This document shows, piece by piece, positions 1 to 13,226 of a DNA stretch of 64,000 bases. Where the stretch lies: NCBI GenBank assembly GCA_000002445.1, contig CP000069.1, positions 1,344,001 through 1,408,000 on the forward strand. The letters run 5' to 3'. The notes beneath the pieces were generated by a model. It saw only the letters and a program-made list of their open reading frames with translations. It made no database searches and was not told the origin of the DNA. Each line of letters starts with the position of its first letter. The stretch's first letter is position 1. Source of the stretch: Trypanosoma brucei (Eukaryota). The translations under genes were made by a program, and so were the position numbers.

Positions 1-593
1 CGCATGGACCCAATGGGGTCCCAACATTGGTATTAAAACCACTGTCAAACGACTATGTTGTCACCATCCGCTCCATGAAAGTAAAGCACTATTTACTTGT
101 TCGTAAGAAAAAGTCAGTTATAAGGAAAAAACTAATCCACATGCAAATCTGTGGCGCACCGCGACATTATAACATTCGCAAAAAACACGATATGGAAAAA
201 AACAATTAAGCAACAATATGAAACGGAGATATTATCGCAACATAACAGGAATCAAGTTTCTATCCGTCTCAAACCACTTCCACTCGCTTAAAAAAAGGTA
301 GAAAACCAAAAAGGATATGGGTAAAGAAAAGAAATGAAATAAAATTAACACACAACAACGAAAACAAATAATAATAAATAAAATTAATGAAACAACAACA
401 GCAAAAATGTAATGAAAAAAAAAAAATAAAAGTTTTCACCTTACTTTGCTCTTTTCCTCTCAATTCCTCTCCCTGTCGGATGTACCATTAGTTTAAAGCT
501 ACTTCGCGTATACACCTCAGTGTACCCCTATTTCGTTTGCTCTACTCCGCAAGGTTCTACATCAATCCTACCGCCCTTGTTTCGTGAAAGGTG

Positions 594-1787
594 ATGTCCG
601 TGCGCCAGATATTCTTCACGTCGGAGCATGTGAGTGAAGGTCACCCCGATAAACTATGCGATCAGGTGTCGGATGCCGTACTGGATGCATGCCTTGAGCA
701 GGACCCGCTCTCTAAGGTTGCATGCGAGACGTGCTCAAAGACGGGGATGGTGCTTGTGTTTGGTGAGATCACAACGAAGGCTGTGATTGACTACCAGAAG
801 GTCGTACGTGACACGGTTAAGGAGATCGGCTTCGATAACACTGAGAAGGGGTTGGACTACCGTTCACTGAACCTGCTTGTGGCCGTTGAGCAACAATCAC
901 CCGATATTTACCAGGGCCTCGGTGACTTTGGCGGGGAGAACCTCGGTGCTGGAGACCAGGGCATGATGTTTGGTTATGCGACGAATGAGACGGAGACACT
1001 AATGCCACTCTCTTACGAACTTGCGCGCGGTCTTGCAATGACATACAGCGAGTTGCGACGCAATGGTGGTCTTCCGTGGGCGCGCCCCGACGCTAAGACG
1101 CAAGTGACAGTGCAGTACGAATATGACACCCGCGGTGGCAAGCAGTTGCTGACACCTAAGCGAGTGGCTGTGATTCTTGTTTCTGCCCAGCATGACGACG
1201 GTGTGTCAAATGAAACCATCCGCGAGGACCTGGTGAAGAAGGTAATCAGCACCACCATTCCCGCGAAGTTCCTCGATGAGAACACCAAATATCACTTGAA
1301 CCCATCTGGGCGTTTCGTCATCGGTGGCCCACATGGTGACGCTGGGTTAACTGGTCGCAAGATAATTGTTGACACGTATGGCGGTTGGGGTGCCCATGGT
1401 GGTGGCGCGTTTTCTGGCAAGGATCCCTCGAAGGTGGACCGGTCGGCAGCGTATGCTGCTCGCTGGATTGCGAAGTCTCTGGTGGCCGCAGGTCTTGCAG
1501 ATCGGTGCCTTGTACAACTTTCGTACGCCATTGGAGTTGCGGAACCGCTCAATATCCATGTCGACACATATGGCACTGGTAAGCGCGATGACGAGTATAT
1601 ATTGGGTATTGTGCAGAAAAACTTCCGACTGCGCCCGTACGACATAATCAAGGAACTTGATCTTCGTCGGCCGATATACCGCCAGACTGCCTGTTTCGGG
1701 CACTTTGGGCGTGTGGACACGAACGGGAAGGGAGGATTCACGTGGGAGGTGCCCAAAACACTAGAGGGTCTTAGTGACGTGCAGTAG
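594..1787 (+). CDS. METK1: S-adenosylmethionine synthetase (methionine adenosyltransferase), array copy 1.
   Basis: 397-aa product carrying the MAT signatures GHPDK, GAGDQG and GGGAFSGKD(P/Y)[13 protein letters not shown], collinear with E. coli MetK and human MAT2A. The track ORF starts at GTG 591; the first ATG is 594. Confidence 0.93.
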   Translation: MSVRQIFFTSEHVSEGHPDKLCDQVSDAVLDACLEQDPLSKVACETCSKTGMVLVFGEITTKAVIDYQKVVRDTVKEIGFDNTEKGLDYRSLNLLVAVEQQSPDIYQGLGDFGGENLGAGDQGMMFGYATNETETLMPLSYELARGLAMTYSELRRNGGLPWARPDAKTQVTVQYEYDTRGGKQLLTPKRVAVILVSAQHDDGVSNETIREDLVKKVISTTIPAKFLDENTKYHLNPSGRFVIGGPHGDAGLTGRKIIVDTYGGWGAHGGGAFSGKDPSKVDRSAAYAARWIAKSLVAAGLADRCLVQLSYAIGVAEPLNIHVDTYGTGKRDDEYILGIVQKNFRLRPYDIIKELDLRRPIYRQTACFGHFGRVDTNGKGGFTWEVPKTLEGLSDVQ

Positions 1788-2035
1788 TGTGTACTGCGCA
1801 CGAATAATCAGGCACACCTCCTTGCCCATCCTCACTGTTTGCGAGTAACTGCTCGCTTCCCGCCGAGTGGGTTCCTGTTGGTAACAACACCCGCCTTCGC
1901 TTATTTTTCGTTGTTACGTGATGTCATGTACTTGGCGATGTTGTGCATAAGGGAGTGGAGTAAGTAATAACAGTAGACAGGAGGTGGACGTTGCAATTAA
2001 ATTGTTTGACAAGTGTGAGGGTAGAGGGGGAAAGA

Positions 2036-2058
2036 ATATATATATATATATATATATA
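2036..2058. repeat. (AT)n microsatellite in the METK 3' spacer. Representative; it is present in every unit and its length varies between units by roughly 9-12 repeats.
   Basis: The atatatatat... run lies ~250 nt after each METK stop. Its length visibly differs between units, as does that of the poly(T) run. Confidence 0.85.
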
Positions 2059-2504
2059 ACATATACCTATTTATTATTTTTAGGTATGCTATTTCGTACA
2101 CTAACGCTGTACTTTAATTCCTGGTATTTCCCACATATTGTTTCTCGGATGCGGTTTGCTCCTCATTCTTTACCTTTTTTGTTTTCTTTCGTTTTTACTC
2201 CATCATATGTTACCTTGACTGTAAACGTGTTGTTGTAAGTACTGTGACCTGTTAGCGTTACGTTTCAACTTTTTTCCCCTGCCTTACTGGGAGGTAAGTG
2301 TGATAACGACAGCAAGTGGGTACCATTATGATTGTAATTGTAAGAAATATTATTTCTGTTACATCAACCTTTGTCATTTAACTGTCACTCACGTATGGTA
2401 AGTCCTACGGTCTGTCGCCGGGGCTTTGCTTACCGTTCGTTGCTCTATCCGCTGCTGCGCACATGTAGTGAAGTACCTCGTTGTAACTGTAGTAAATAGC
2501 TAAT

Positions 2505-2604
2505 CTCCTATGTCTCCTTATTATTGTCCTTCTTTCTTCTCTTCTCTTTTGTTTTTTTTTTACCCTCAATTCCTCTCCCTGTCGGATGTACCATTAGTTT
2601 AAAG
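2505..2604 (+). promoter_or_regulatory. Polypyrimidine tract plus AG dinucleotides: the putative SL trans-splice acceptor region for the downstream METK copy, and probably also the element that directs polyadenylation of the upstream copy. This is a representative; the same element recurs once per unit at ~4611, 6715, 8821, 10925, 13030, 15134 and 17238, with a shorter version at 435-476 before copy 1.
   Basis: A ~78-nt C/T tract (ctccttattattgtccttctttcttctcttctcttttg, a T10-13 run, accctcaattcctctccct) is followed by AG at 2596-2597 and 2603-2604, about 100 nt upstream of the ATG. Confidence 0.6.
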
Positions 2605-2699
2605 CTACTTCGCGTATACACCTCAGTGTACCCCTATTTCGTTTGCTCTACTCCGCAAGGTTCTACATCAATCCTACCGCCCTTGTTTCGTGAAAGGTG

Positions 2700-3893
2700 A
2701 TGTCCGTGCGCCAGATATTCTTCACGTCGGAGCATGTGAGTGAAGGTCACCCCGATAAACTATGCGATCAGGTGTCGGATGCCGTACTGGATGCATGCCT
2801 TGAGCAGGACCCGCTCTCTAAGGTTGCATGCGAGACGTGCTCAAAGACGGGGATGGTGCTTGTGTTTGGTGAGATCACAACGAAGGCTGTGATTGACTAC
2901 CAGAAGGTCGTACGTGACACGGTTAAGGAGATCGGCTTCGATAACACTGAGAAGGGGTTGGACTACCGTTCACTGAACCTGCTTGTGGCCGTTGAGCAAC
3001 AATCACCCGATATTTACCAGGGCCTCGGTGACTTTGGCGGGGAGAACCTCGGTGCTGGAGACCAGGGCATGATGTTTGGTTATGCGACGAATGAGACGGA
3101 GACACTAATGCCACTCTCTTACGAACTTGCGCGCGGTCTTGCAATGACATACAGCGAGTTGCGACGCAATGGTGGTCTTCCGTGGGCGCGCCCCGACGCT
3201 AAGACGCAAGTGACAGTGCAGTACGAATATGACACCCGCGGTGGCAAGCAGTTGCTGACACCTAAGCGAGTGGCTGTGATTCTTGTTTCTGCCCAGCATG
3301 ACGACGGTGTGTCAAATGAAACCATCCGCGAGGACCTGGTGAAGAAGGTAATCAGCACCACCATTCCCGCGAAGTTCCTCGATGAGAACACCAAATATCA
3401 CTTGAACCCATCTGGGCGTTTTGTCATCGGTGGCCCACATGGTGACGCTGGGTTAACTGGTCGCAAGATAATTGTTGACACGTATGGCGGTTGGGGTGCC
3501 CATGGTGGTGGCGCGTTTTCTGGCAAGGATCCCTCGAAGGTGGACCGGTCGGCAGCGTATGCTGCTCGCTGGATTGCAAAGTCTCTGGTGGCCGCAGGTC
3601 TTGCAGATCGGTGCCTTGTACAACTTTCGTACGCCATTGGAGTTGCGGAACCGCTCAATATCCATGTCGACACATATGGCACTGGTAAGCGCGATGACGA
3701 GTATATATTGGGTATTGTGCAGAAAAACTTCCGACTGCGCCCGTACGACATAATCAAGGAACTTGATCTTCGTCGGCCGATATACCGCCAGACTGCCTGT
3801 TTCGGGCACTTTGGGCGTGTGGACACGAACGGGAAGGGAGGATTCACGTGGGAGGTGCCCAAAACACTAGAGGGTCTTAGTGACGTGCAGTAG
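2700..3893 (+). CDS. METK1: S-adenosylmethionine synthetase, array copy 2. It carries two synonymous SNPs (TTT at ~3420, GCA at ~3577).
   Basis: Protein identical to copy 1. The nucleotide differences show up only as changes in the overlapping alternative-frame ORFs. Confidence 0.93.
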   Translation: MSVRQIFFTSEHVSEGHPDKLCDQVSDAVLDACLEQDPLSKVACETCSKTGMVLVFGEITTKAVIDYQKVVRDTVKEIGFDNTEKGLDYRSLNLLVAVEQQSPDIYQGLGDFGGENLGAGDQGMMFGYATNETETLMPLSYELARGLAMTYSELRRNGGLPWARPDAKTQVTVQYEYDTRGGKQLLTPKRVAVILVSAQHDDGVSNETIREDLVKKVISTTIPAKFLDENTKYHLNPSGRFVIGGPHGDAGLTGRKIIVDTYGGWGAHGGGAFSGKDPSKVDRSAAYAARWIAKSLVAAGLADRCLVQLSYAIGVAEPLNIHVDTYGTGKRDDEYILGIVQKNFRLRPYDIIKELDLRRPIYRQTACFGHFGRVDTNGKGGFTWEVPKTLEGLSDVQ

Positions 3894-4805
3894 TGTGTAC
3901 TGCGCACGAATAATCAGGCACACCTCCTTGCCCATCCTCACTGTTTGCGAGTAACTGCTCGCTTCCCGCCGAGTGGGTTCCTGTTGGTAACAACACCCGC
4001 CTTCGCTTATTTTTCGTTGTTACGTGATGTCATGTACTTGGCGATGTTGTGCATAAGGGAGTGGAGTAAGTAATAACAGTAGACAGGAGGTGGACGTTGC
4101 AATTAAATTGTTTGACAAGTGTGAGGGTAGAGGGGGAAAGAATATATATATATATATATATAACATATACCTATTTATTATTTTTAGGTATGCTATTTCG
4201 TACACTAACGCTGTACTTTAATTCCTGGTATTTCCCACATATTGTTTCTCGGATGCGGTTTGCTCCTCATTCTTTACCTTTTTTGTTTTCTTTCGTTTTT
4301 ACTCCATCATATGTTACCTTGACTGTAAACGTGTTGTTGTAAGTACTGTGACCTGTTAGCGTTACGTTTCAACTTTTTTCCCCTGCCTTACTGGGAGGTA
4401 AGTGTGATAACGACAGCAAGTGGGTACCATTATGATTGTAATTGTAAGAAATATTATTTCTGTTACATCAACCTTTGTCATTTAACTGTCACTCACGTAT
4501 GGTAAGTCCTACGGTCTGTCGCCGGGGCTTTGCTTACCGTTCGTTGCTCTATCCGCTGCTGCGCACATGTGGTGAAGTACCTCGTTGTAACTGTAGTAAA
4601 TAGCTAATCTCCTATGTCTCCTTATTATTGTCCTTCTTTCTTCTCTTCTCTTTTGTTTTTTTTTTTTACCCTCAATTCCTCTCCCTGTCGGATGTACCAT
4701 TAGTTTAAAGCTACTTCGCGTATACACCTCAGTGTACCCCTATTTCGTTTGCTCTACTCCGCAAGGTTCTACATCAATCCTACCGCCCTTGTTTCGTGAA
4801 AGGTG

Positions 4806-5999
4806 ATGTCCGTGCGCCAGATATTCTTCACGTCGGAGCATGTGAGTGAAGGTCACCCCGATAAACTATGCGATCAGGTGTCGGATGCCGTACTGGATGC
4901 ATGCCTTGAGCAGGACCCGCTCTCTAAGGTTGCATGCGAGACGTGCTCAAAGACGGGGATGGTGCTTGTGTTTGGTGAGATCACAACGAAGGCTGTGATT
5001 GACTACCAGAAGGTCGTACGTGACACGGTTAAGGAGATCGGCTTCGATAACACTGAGAAGGGGTTGGACTACCGTTCACTGAACCTGCTTGTGGCCGTTG
5101 AGCAACAATCACCCGATATTTACCAGGGCCTCGGTGACTTTGGCGGGGAGAACCTCGGTGCTGGAGACCAGGGCATGATGTTTGGTTATGCGACGAATGA
5201 GACGGAGACACTAATGCCACTCTCTTACGAACTTGCGCGCGGTCTTGCAATGACATACAGCGAGTTGCGACGCAATGGTGGTCTTCCGTGGGCGCGCCCC
5301 GACGCTAAGACGCAAGTGACAGTGCAGTACGAATATGACACCCGCGGTGGCAAGCAGTTGCTGACACCTAAGCGAGTGGCTGTGATTCTTGTTTCTGCCC
5401 AGCATGACGACGGTGTGTCAAATGAAACCATCCGCGAGGACCTGGTGAAGAAGGTAATCAGCACCACCATTCCCGCGAAGTTCCTCGATGAGAACACCAA
5501 ATATCACTTGAACCCATCTGGGCGTTTCGTCATCGGTGGCCCACATGGTGACGCTGGGTTAACTGGTCGCAAGATAATTGTCGACACGTATGGCGGTTGG
5601 GGTGCCCATGGTGGTGGCGCGTTTTCTGGCAAGGATCCCTCGAAGGTGGACCGGTCGGCAGCGTATGCTGCTCGCTGGATTGCGAAGTCTCTGGTGGCCG
5701 CAGGTCTTGCAGATCGGTGCCTTGTACAACTTTCGTACGCCATTGGAGTTGCGGAACCGCTCAATATCCATGTCGACACATATGGCACTGGTAAGCGCGA
5801 TGACGAGTATATATTGGGTATTGTGCAGAAAAACTTCCGACTGCGCCCGTACGACATAATCAAGGAACTTGATCTTCGTCGGCCGATATACCGCCAGACT
5901 GCCTGTTTCGGGCACTTTGGGCGTGTGGACACGAACGGGAAGGGAGGATTCACGTGGGAGGTGCCCAAAACACTAGAGGGTCTTAGTGACGTGCAGTAG
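4806..5999 (+). CDS. METK1: S-adenosylmethionine synthetase, array copy 3. Synonymous GTT to GTC change at ~5583.
   Basis: Protein identical to the consensus. The same SNP is present in copy 5. Confidence 0.93.
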   Translation: MSVRQIFFTSEHVSEGHPDKLCDQVSDAVLDACLEQDPLSKVACETCSKTGMVLVFGEITTKAVIDYQKVVRDTVKEIGFDNTEKGLDYRSLNLLVAVEQQSPDIYQGLGDFGGENLGAGDQGMMFGYATNETETLMPLSYELARGLAMTYSELRRNGGLPWARPDAKTQVTVQYEYDTRGGKQLLTPKRVAVILVSAQHDDGVSNETIREDLVKKVISTTIPAKFLDENTKYHLNPSGRFVIGGPHGDAGLTGRKIIVDTYGGWGAHGGGAFSGKDPSKVDRSAAYAARWIAKSLVAAGLADRCLVQLSYAIGVAEPLNIHVDTYGTGKRDDEYILGIVQKNFRLRPYDIIKELDLRRPIYRQTACFGHFGRVDTNGKGGFTWEVPKTLEGLSDVQ

Positions 6000-6909
6000 T
6001 GTGTACTGCGCACGAATAATCAGGCACACCTCCTTGCCCATCCTCACTGTTTGCGAGTAACTGCTCGCTTCCCGCCGAGTGGGTTCCTGTTGGTAACAAC
6101 ACCCGCCTTCGCTTATTTTTCGTTGTTACGTGATGTCATGTACTTGGCGATGTTGTGCATAAGGGAGTGGAGTAAGTAATAACAGTAGACAGGAGGTGGA
6201 CGTTGCAATTAAATTGTTTGACAAGTGTGAGGGTAGAGGGGGAAAGAATATATATATATATATATAACATATACCTATTTATTATTTTTAGGTATGCTAT
6301 TTCGTACACTAACGCTGTACTTTAATTCCTGGTATTTCCCACATATTGTTTCTCGGATGCGGTTTGCTCCTCATTCTTTACCTTTTTTGTTTTCTTTCGT
6401 TTTTACTCCATCATATGTTACCTTGACTGTAAACGTGTTGTTGTAAGTACTGTGACCTGTTAGCGTTACGTTTCAACTTTTTTCCCCTGCCTTACTGGGA
6501 GGTAAGTGTGATAACGACAGCAAGTGGGTACCATTATGATTGTAATTGTAAGAAATATTATTTCTGTTACATCAACCTTTGTCATTTAACTGTCACTCAC
6601 GTATGGTAAGTCCTACGGTCTGTCGCCGGGGCTTTGCTTACCGTTCGTTGCTCTATCCGCTGCTGCGCACATGTAGTGAAGTACCTCGTTGTAACTGTAG
6701 TAAATAGCTAATCTCCTATGTCTCCTTATTATTGTCCTTCTTTCTTCTCTTCTCTTTTGTTTTTTTTTTTTACCCTCAATTCCTCTCCCTGTCGGATGTA
6801 CCATTAGTTTAAAGCTACTTCGCGTATACACCTCAGTGTACCCCTATTTCGTTTGCTCTACTCCGCAAGGTTCTACATCAATCCTACCGCCCTTGTTTCG
6901 TGAAAGGTG

Positions 6910-8103
6910 ATGTCCGTGCGCCAGATATTCTTCACGTCGGAGCATGTGAGTGAAGGTCACCCCGATAAACTATGCGATCAGGTGTCGGATGCCGTACTGG
7001 ATGCATGCCTTGAGCAGGACCCGCTCTCTAAGGTTGCATGCGAGACGTGCTCAAAGACGGGGATGGTGCTTGTGTTTGGTGAGATCACAACGAAGGCTGT
7101 GATTGACTACCAGAAGGTCGTACGTGACACGGTTAAGGAGATCGGCTTCGATAACACTGAGAAGGGGTTGGACTACCGTTCACTGAACCTGCTTGTGGCC
7201 GTTGAGCAACAATCACCCGATATTTACCAGGGCCTCGGTGACTTTGGCGGGGAGAACCTCGGTGCTGGAGACCAGGGCATGATGTTTGGTTATGCGACGA
7301 ATGAGACGGAGACACTAATGCCACTCTCTTACGAACTTGCGCGCGGTCTTGCAATGACATACAGCGAGTTGCGACGCAATGGTGGTCTTCCGTGGGCGCG
7401 CCCCGACGCTAAGACGCAAGTGACAGTGCAGTACGAATATGACACCCGCGGTGGCAAGCAGTTGCTGACACCTAAGCGAGTGGCTGTGATTCTTGTTTCT
7501 GCCCAGCTTGACGACGGTGTGTCAAATGAAACCATCCGCGAGGACCTGGTGAAGAAGGTAATCAGCACCACCATTCCCGCGAAGTTCCTCGATGAGAACA
7601 CCAAATATCACTTGAACCCATCTGGGCGTTTCGTCATCGGTGGCCCACATGGTGACGCTGGGTTAACTGGTCGCAAGATAATTGTTGACACGTATGGCGG
7701 TTGGGGTGCCCATGGTGGTGGCGCGTTTTCTGGCAAGGATCCCTCGAAGGTGGACCGGTCGGCAGCGTATGCTGCTCGCTGGATTGCGAAGTCTCTGGTG
7801 GCCGCAGGTCTTGCAGATCGGTGCCTTGTACAACTTTCGTACGCCATTGGAGTTGCGGAACCGCTCAATATCCATGTCGACACATATGGCACTGGTAAGC
7901 GCGATGACGAGTATATATTGGGTATTGTGCAGAAAAACTTCCGACTGCGCCCGTACGACATAATCAAGGAACTTGATCTTCGTCGGCCGATATACCGCCA
8001 GACTGCCTGTTTCGGGCACTTTGGGCGTGTGGACACGAACGGGAAGGGAGGATTCACGTGGGAGGTGCCCAAAACACTAGAGGGTCTTAGTGACGTGCAG
8101 TAG
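6910..8103 (+). CDS. METK1: S-adenosylmethionine synthetase, array copy 4. Nonsynonymous variant His200 to Leu (CAT to CTT at 7507-7509).
   Basis: The ORF-track protein reads VSAQLDDGV where the other copies read VSAQHDDGV. Confidence 0.9.
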   Translation: MSVRQIFFTSEHVSEGHPDKLCDQVSDAVLDACLEQDPLSKVACETCSKTGMVLVFGEITTKAVIDYQKVVRDTVKEIGFDNTEKGLDYRSLNLLVAVEQQSPDIYQGLGDFGGENLGAGDQGMMFGYATNETETLMPLSYELARGLAMTYSELRRNGGLPWARPDAKTQVTVQYEYDTRGGKQLLTPKRVAVILVSAQLDDGVSNETIREDLVKKVISTTIPAKFLDENTKYHLNPSGRFVIGGPHGDAGLTGRKIIVDTYGGWGAHGGGAFSGKDPSKVDRSAAYAARWIAKSLVAAGLADRCLVQLSYAIGVAEPLNIHVDTYGTGKRDDEYILGIVQKNFRLRPYDIIKELDLRRPIYRQTACFGHFGRVDTNGKGGFTWEVPKTLEGLSDVQ

Positions 8104-9015
8104 TGTGTACTGCGCACGAATAATCAGGCACACCTCCTTGCCCATCCTCACTGTTTGCGAGTAACTGCTCGCTTCCCGCCGAGTGGGTTCCTGTTGGTAA
8201 CAACACCCGCCTTCGCTTATTTTTCGTTGTTACGTGATGTCATGTACTTGGCGATGTTGTGCATAAGGGAGTGGAGTAAGTAATAACAGTAGACAGGAGG
8301 TGGACGTTGCAATTAAATTGTTTGACAAGTGTGAGGGTAGAGGGGGAAAGAATATATATATATATATATATAACATATACCTATTTATTATTTTTAGGTA
8401 TGCTATTTCGTACACTAACGCTGTACTTTAATTCCTGGTATTTCCCACATATTGTTTCTCGGATGCGGTTTGCTCCTCATTCTTTACCTTTTTTGTTTTC
8501 TTTCGTTTTTACTCCATCATATGTTACCTTGACTGTAAACGTGTTGTTGTAAGTACTGTGACCTGTTAGCGTTACGTTTCAACTTTTTTCCCCTGCCTTA
8601 CTGGGAGGTAAGTGTGATAACGACAGCAAGTGGGTACCATTATGATTGTAATTGTAAGAAATATTATTTCTGTTACATCAACCTTTGTCATTTAACTGTC
8701 ACTCACGTATGGTAAGTCCTACGGTCTGTCGCCGGGGCTTTGCTTACCGTTCGTTGCTCTATCCGCTGCTGCGCACATGTGGTGAAGTACCTCGTTGTAA
8801 CTGTAGTAAATAGCTAATCTCCTATGTCTCCTTATTATTGTCCTTCTTTCTTCTCTTCTCTTTTGTTTTTTTTTTTTACCCTCAATTCCTCTCCCTGTCG
8901 GATGTACCATTAGTTTAAAGCTACTTCGCGTATACACCTCAGTGTACCCCTATTTCGTTTGCTCTACTCCGCAAGGTTCTACATCAATCCTACCGCCCTT
9001 GTTTCGTGAAAGGTG

Positions 9016-10209
9016 ATGTCCGTGCGCCAGATATTCTTCACGTCGGAGCATGTGAGTGAAGGTCACCCCGATAAACTATGCGATCAGGTGTCGGATGCCG
9101 TACTGGATGCATGCCTTGAGCAGGACCCGCTCTCTAAGGTTGCATGCGAGACGTGCTCAAAGACGGGGATGGTGCTTGTGTTTGGTGAGATCACAACGAA
9201 GGCTGTGATTGACTACCAGAAGGTCGTACGTGACACGGTTAAGGAGATCGGCTTCGATAACACTGAGAAGGGGTTGGACTACCGTTCACTGAACCTGCTT
9301 GTGGCCGTTGAGCAGCAATCACCCGATATTTACCAGGGCCTCGGTGACTTTGGCGGGGAGAACCTCGGTGCTGGAGACCAGGGCATGATGTTTGGTTATG
9401 CGACGAATGAGACGGAGACACTAATGCCACTCTCTTACGAACTTGCGCGCGGTCTTGCAATGACATACAGCGAGTTGCGACGCAATGGTGGTCTTCCGTG
9501 GGCGCGCCCCGACGCTAAGACGCAAGTGACAGTGCAGTACGAATATGACACCCGCGGTGGCAAGCAGTTGCTGACACCTAAGCGAGTGGCTGTGATTCTT
9601 GTTTCTGCCCAGCATGACGACGGTGTGTCAAATGAAACCATCCGCGAGGACCTGGTGAAGAAGGTAATCAGCACCACCATTCCCGCGAAGTTCCTCGATG
9701 AGAACACCAAATATCACTTGAACCCATCTGGGCGTTTCGTCATCGGTGGCCCACATGGTGACGCTGGGTTAACTGGTCGCAAGATAATTGTCGACACGTA
9801 TGGCGGTTGGGGTGCCCATGGTGGTGGCGCGTTTTCTGGCAAGGATCCCTCGAAGGTGGACCGGTCGGCAGCGTATGCTGCTCGCTGGATTGCGAAGTCT
9901 CTGGTGGCCGCAGGTCTTGCAGATCGGTGCCTTGTACAACTTTCGTACGCCATTGGAGTTGCGGAACCGCTCAATATCCATGTCGACACATATGGCACTG
10001 GTAAGCGCGATGACGAGTATATATTGGGTATTGTGCAGAAAAACTTCCGACTGCGCCCGTACGACATAATCAAGGAACTTGATCTTCGTCGGCCGATATA
10101 CCGCCAGACTGCCTGTTTCGGGCACTTTGGGCGTGTGGACACGAACGGGAAGGGAGGATTCACGTGGGAGGTGCCCAAAACACTAGAGGGTCTTAGTGAC
10201 GTGCAGTAG
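9016..10209 (+). CDS. METK1: S-adenosylmethionine synthetase, array copy 5. Two synonymous SNPs (CAG at ~9313, GTC at ~9783).
   Basis: Protein identical to the consensus. Confidence 0.93.
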   Translation: MSVRQIFFTSEHVSEGHPDKLCDQVSDAVLDACLEQDPLSKVACETCSKTGMVLVFGEITTKAVIDYQKVVRDTVKEIGFDNTEKGLDYRSLNLLVAVEQQSPDIYQGLGDFGGENLGAGDQGMMFGYATNETETLMPLSYELARGLAMTYSELRRNGGLPWARPDAKTQVTVQYEYDTRGGKQLLTPKRVAVILVSAQHDDGVSNETIREDLVKKVISTTIPAKFLDENTKYHLNPSGRFVIGGPHGDAGLTGRKIIVDTYGGWGAHGGGAFSGKDPSKVDRSAAYAARWIAKSLVAAGLADRCLVQLSYAIGVAEPLNIHVDTYGTGKRDDEYILGIVQKNFRLRPYDIIKELDLRRPIYRQTACFGHFGRVDTNGKGGFTWEVPKTLEGLSDVQ

Positions 10210-11121
10210 TGTGTACTGCGCACGAATAATCAGGCACACCTCCTTGCCCATCCTCACTGTTTGCGAGTAACTGCTCGCTTCCCGCCGAGTGGGTTCCTGT
10301 TGGTAACAACACCCGCCTTCGCTTATTTTTCGTTGTTACGTGATGTCATGTACTTGGCGATGTTGTGCATAAGGGAGTGGAGTAAGTAATAACAGTAGAC
10401 AGGAGGTGGACGTTGCAATTAAATTGTTTGACAAGTGTGAGGGTAGAGGGGGAAAGAATATATATATATATATATATAACATATACCTATTTATTATTTT
10501 TAGGTATGCTATTTCGTACACTAACGCTGTACTTTAATTCCTGGTATTTCCCACATATTGTTTCTCGGATGCGGTTTGCTCCTCATTCTTTACCTTTTTT
10601 GTTTTCTTTCGTTTTTACTCCATCATATGTTACCTTGACTGTAAACGTGTTGTTGTAAGTACTGTGACCTGTTAGCGTTACGTTTCAACTTTTTTCCCCT
10701 GCCTTACTGGGAGGTAAGTGTGATAACGACAGCAAGTGGGTACCATTATGATTGTAATTGTAAGAAATATTATTTCTGTTACATCAACCTTTGTCATTTA
10801 ACTGTCACTCACGTATGGTAAGTCCTACGGTCTGTCGCCGGGGCTTTGCTTACCGTTCGTTGCTCTATCCGCTGCTGCGCACATGTAGTGAAGTACCTCG
10901 TTGTAACTGTAGTAAATAGCTAATCTCCTATGTCTCCTTATTATTGTCCTTCTTTCTTCTCTTCTCTTTTGTTTTTTTTTTTTACCCTCAATTCCTCTCC
11001 CTGTCGGATGTACCATTAGTTTAAAGCTACTTCGCGTATACACCTCAGTGTACCCCTATTTCGTTTGCTCTACTCCGCAAGGTTCTACATCAATCCTACC
11101 GCCCTTGTTTCGTGAAAGGTG

Positions 11122-12315
11122 ATGTCCGTGCGCCAGATATTCTTCACGTCGGAGCATGTGAGTGAAGGTCACCCCGATAAACTATGCGATCAGGTGTCGG
11201 ATGCCGTACTGGATGCATGCCTTGAGCAGGACCCGCTCTCTAAGGTTGCATGCGAGACGTGCTCAAAGACGGGGATGGTGCTTGTGTTTGGTGAGATCAC
11301 AACGAAGGCTGTGATTGACTACCAGAAGGTCGTACGTGACACGGTTAAGGAGATCGGCTTCGATAACACTGAGAAGGGGTTGGACTACCGTTCACTGAAC
11401 CTGCTTGTGGCCGTTGAGCAACAATCACCCGATATTTACCAGGGCCTCGGTGACTTTGGCGGGGAGAACCTCGGTGCTGGAGACCAGGGCATGATGTTTG
11501 GTTATGCGACGAATGAGACGGAGACACTAATGCCACTCTCTTACGAACTTGCGCGCGGTCTTGCAATGACATACAGCGAGTTGCGACGCAATGGTGGTCT
11601 TCCGTGGGCGCGCCCCGACGCTAAGACGCAAGTGACAGTGCAGTACGAATATGACACCCGCGGTGGCAAGCAGTTGCTGACACCTAAGCGAGTGGCTGTG
11701 ATTCTTGTTTCTGCCCAGCATGACGACGGTGTGTCAAATGGAACCATCCGCGAGGACCTGGTGAAGAAGGTAATCAGCACCACCATTCCCGCGAAGTTCC
11801 TCGATGAGAACACCAAATATCACTTGAACCCATCTGGGCGTTTCGTCATCGGTGGCCCACATGGTGACGCTGGGTTAACTGGTCGCAAGATAATTGTTGA
11901 CACGTATGGCGGTTGGGGTGCCCATGGTGGTGGCGCGTTTTCTGGCAAGGATCCCTCGAAGGTGGACCGGTCGGCAGCGTATGCTGCTCGCTGGATTGCG
12001 AAGTCTCTGGTGGCCGCAGGTCTTGCAGATCGGTGCCTTGTACAACTTTCGTACGCCATTGGAGTTGCGGAACCGCTCAATATCCATGTCGACACATATG
12101 GCACTGGTAAGCGCGATGACGAGTATATATTGGGTATTGTGCAGAAAAACTTCCGACTGCGCCCGTACGACATAATCAAGGAACTTGATCTTCGTCGGCC
12201 GATATACCGCCAGACTGCCTGTTTCGGGCACTTTGGGCGTGTGGACACGAACGGGAAGGGAGGATTCACGTGGGAGGTGCCCAAAACACTAGAGGGTCTT
12301 AGTGACGTGCAGTAG
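11122..12315 (+). CDS. METK1: S-adenosylmethionine synthetase, array copy 6. Nonsynonymous variant Glu207 to Gly (GAA to GGA at 11740-11742).
   Basis: The ORF-track protein reads VSNGTIRED where the other copies read VSNETIRED. Confidence 0.9.
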   Translation: MSVRQIFFTSEHVSEGHPDKLCDQVSDAVLDACLEQDPLSKVACETCSKTGMVLVFGEITTKAVIDYQKVVRDTVKEIGFDNTEKGLDYRSLNLLVAVEQQSPDIYQGLGDFGGENLGAGDQGMMFGYATNETETLMPLSYELARGLAMTYSELRRNGGLPWARPDAKTQVTVQYEYDTRGGKQLLTPKRVAVILVSAQHDDGVSNGTIREDLVKKVISTTIPAKFLDENTKYHLNPSGRFVIGGPHGDAGLTGRKIIVDTYGGWGAHGGGAFSGKDPSKVDRSAAYAARWIAKSLVAAGLADRCLVQLSYAIGVAEPLNIHVDTYGTGKRDDEYILGIVQKNFRLRPYDIIKELDLRRPIYRQTACFGHFGRVDTNGKGGFTWEVPKTLEGLSDVQ

Positions 12316-13226
12316 TGTGTACTGCGCACGAATAATCAGGCACACCTCCTTGCCCATCCTCACTGTTTGCGAGTAACTGCTCGCTTCCCGCCGAGTGGGT
12401 TCCTGTTGGTAACAACACCCGCCTTCGCTTATTTTTCGTTGTTACGTGATGTCATGTACTTGGCGATGTTGTGCATAAGGGAGTGGAGTAAGTAATAACA
12501 GTAGACAGGAGGTGGACGTTGCAATTAAATTGTTTGACAAGTGTGAGGGTAGAGGGGGAAAGAATATATATATATATATATATAACATATACCTATTTAT
12601 TATTTTTAGGTATGCTATTTCGTACACTAACGCTGTACTTTAATTCCTGGTATTTCCCACATATTGTTTCTCGGATGCGGTTTGCTCCTCATTCTTTACC
12701 TTTTTTGTTTTCTTTCGTTTTTACTCCATCATATGTTACCTTGACTGTAAACGTGTTGTTGTAAGTACTGTGACCTGTTAGCGTTACGTTTCAACTTTTT
12801 TCCCCTGCCTTACTGGGAGGTAAGTGTGATAACGACAGCAAGTGGGTACCATTATGATTGTAATTGTAAGAAATATTATTTCTGTTACATCAACCTTTGT
12901 CATTTAACTGTCACTCACGTATGGTAAGTCCTACGGTCTGTCGCCGGGGCTTTGCTTACCGTTCGTTGCTCTATCCGCTGCTGCGCACATGTGGTGAAGT
13001 ACCTCGTTGTAACTGTAGTAAATAGCTAATCTCCTATGTCTCCTTATTATTGTCCTTCTTTCTTCTCTTCTCTTTTGTTTTTTTTTTTACCCTCAATTCC
13101 TCTCCCTGTCGGATGTACCATTAGTTTAAAGCTACTTCGCGTATACACCTCAGTGTACCCCTATTTCGTTTGCTCTACTCCGCAAGGTTCTACATCAATC
13201 CTACCGCCCTTGTTTCGTGAAAGGTG

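Noticed and set aside
27-209. 60-aa ORF at the 5' edge of the window (MVLKPLSNDYVVTIRSMKVKHYLLVRKKKSVIRKKLIHMQICGAPRHYNIRKKHDMEKNN).
   Set aside because: It is short, Lys-rich, and lies in A-rich sequence that looks like the 3'UTR of an upstream gene. It has no polypyrimidine/AG context and no recognisable motif.
1292-1801. 169-aa, 118-aa, 91-aa, 75-aa and 64-aa ORFs antisense to, or in alternative frames of, every METK copy (for example 1292..1801 on the minus strand), repeated nine times.
   Set aside because: They lie entirely inside a strongly supported, conserved MAT CDS. Their products are low-complexity Arg/Ser/Pro-rich strings with no homology. They recur only because the host gene is tandemly repeated, and single SNPs create or destroy them without consequence. 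They are classic GC3-driven antisense ORFs.
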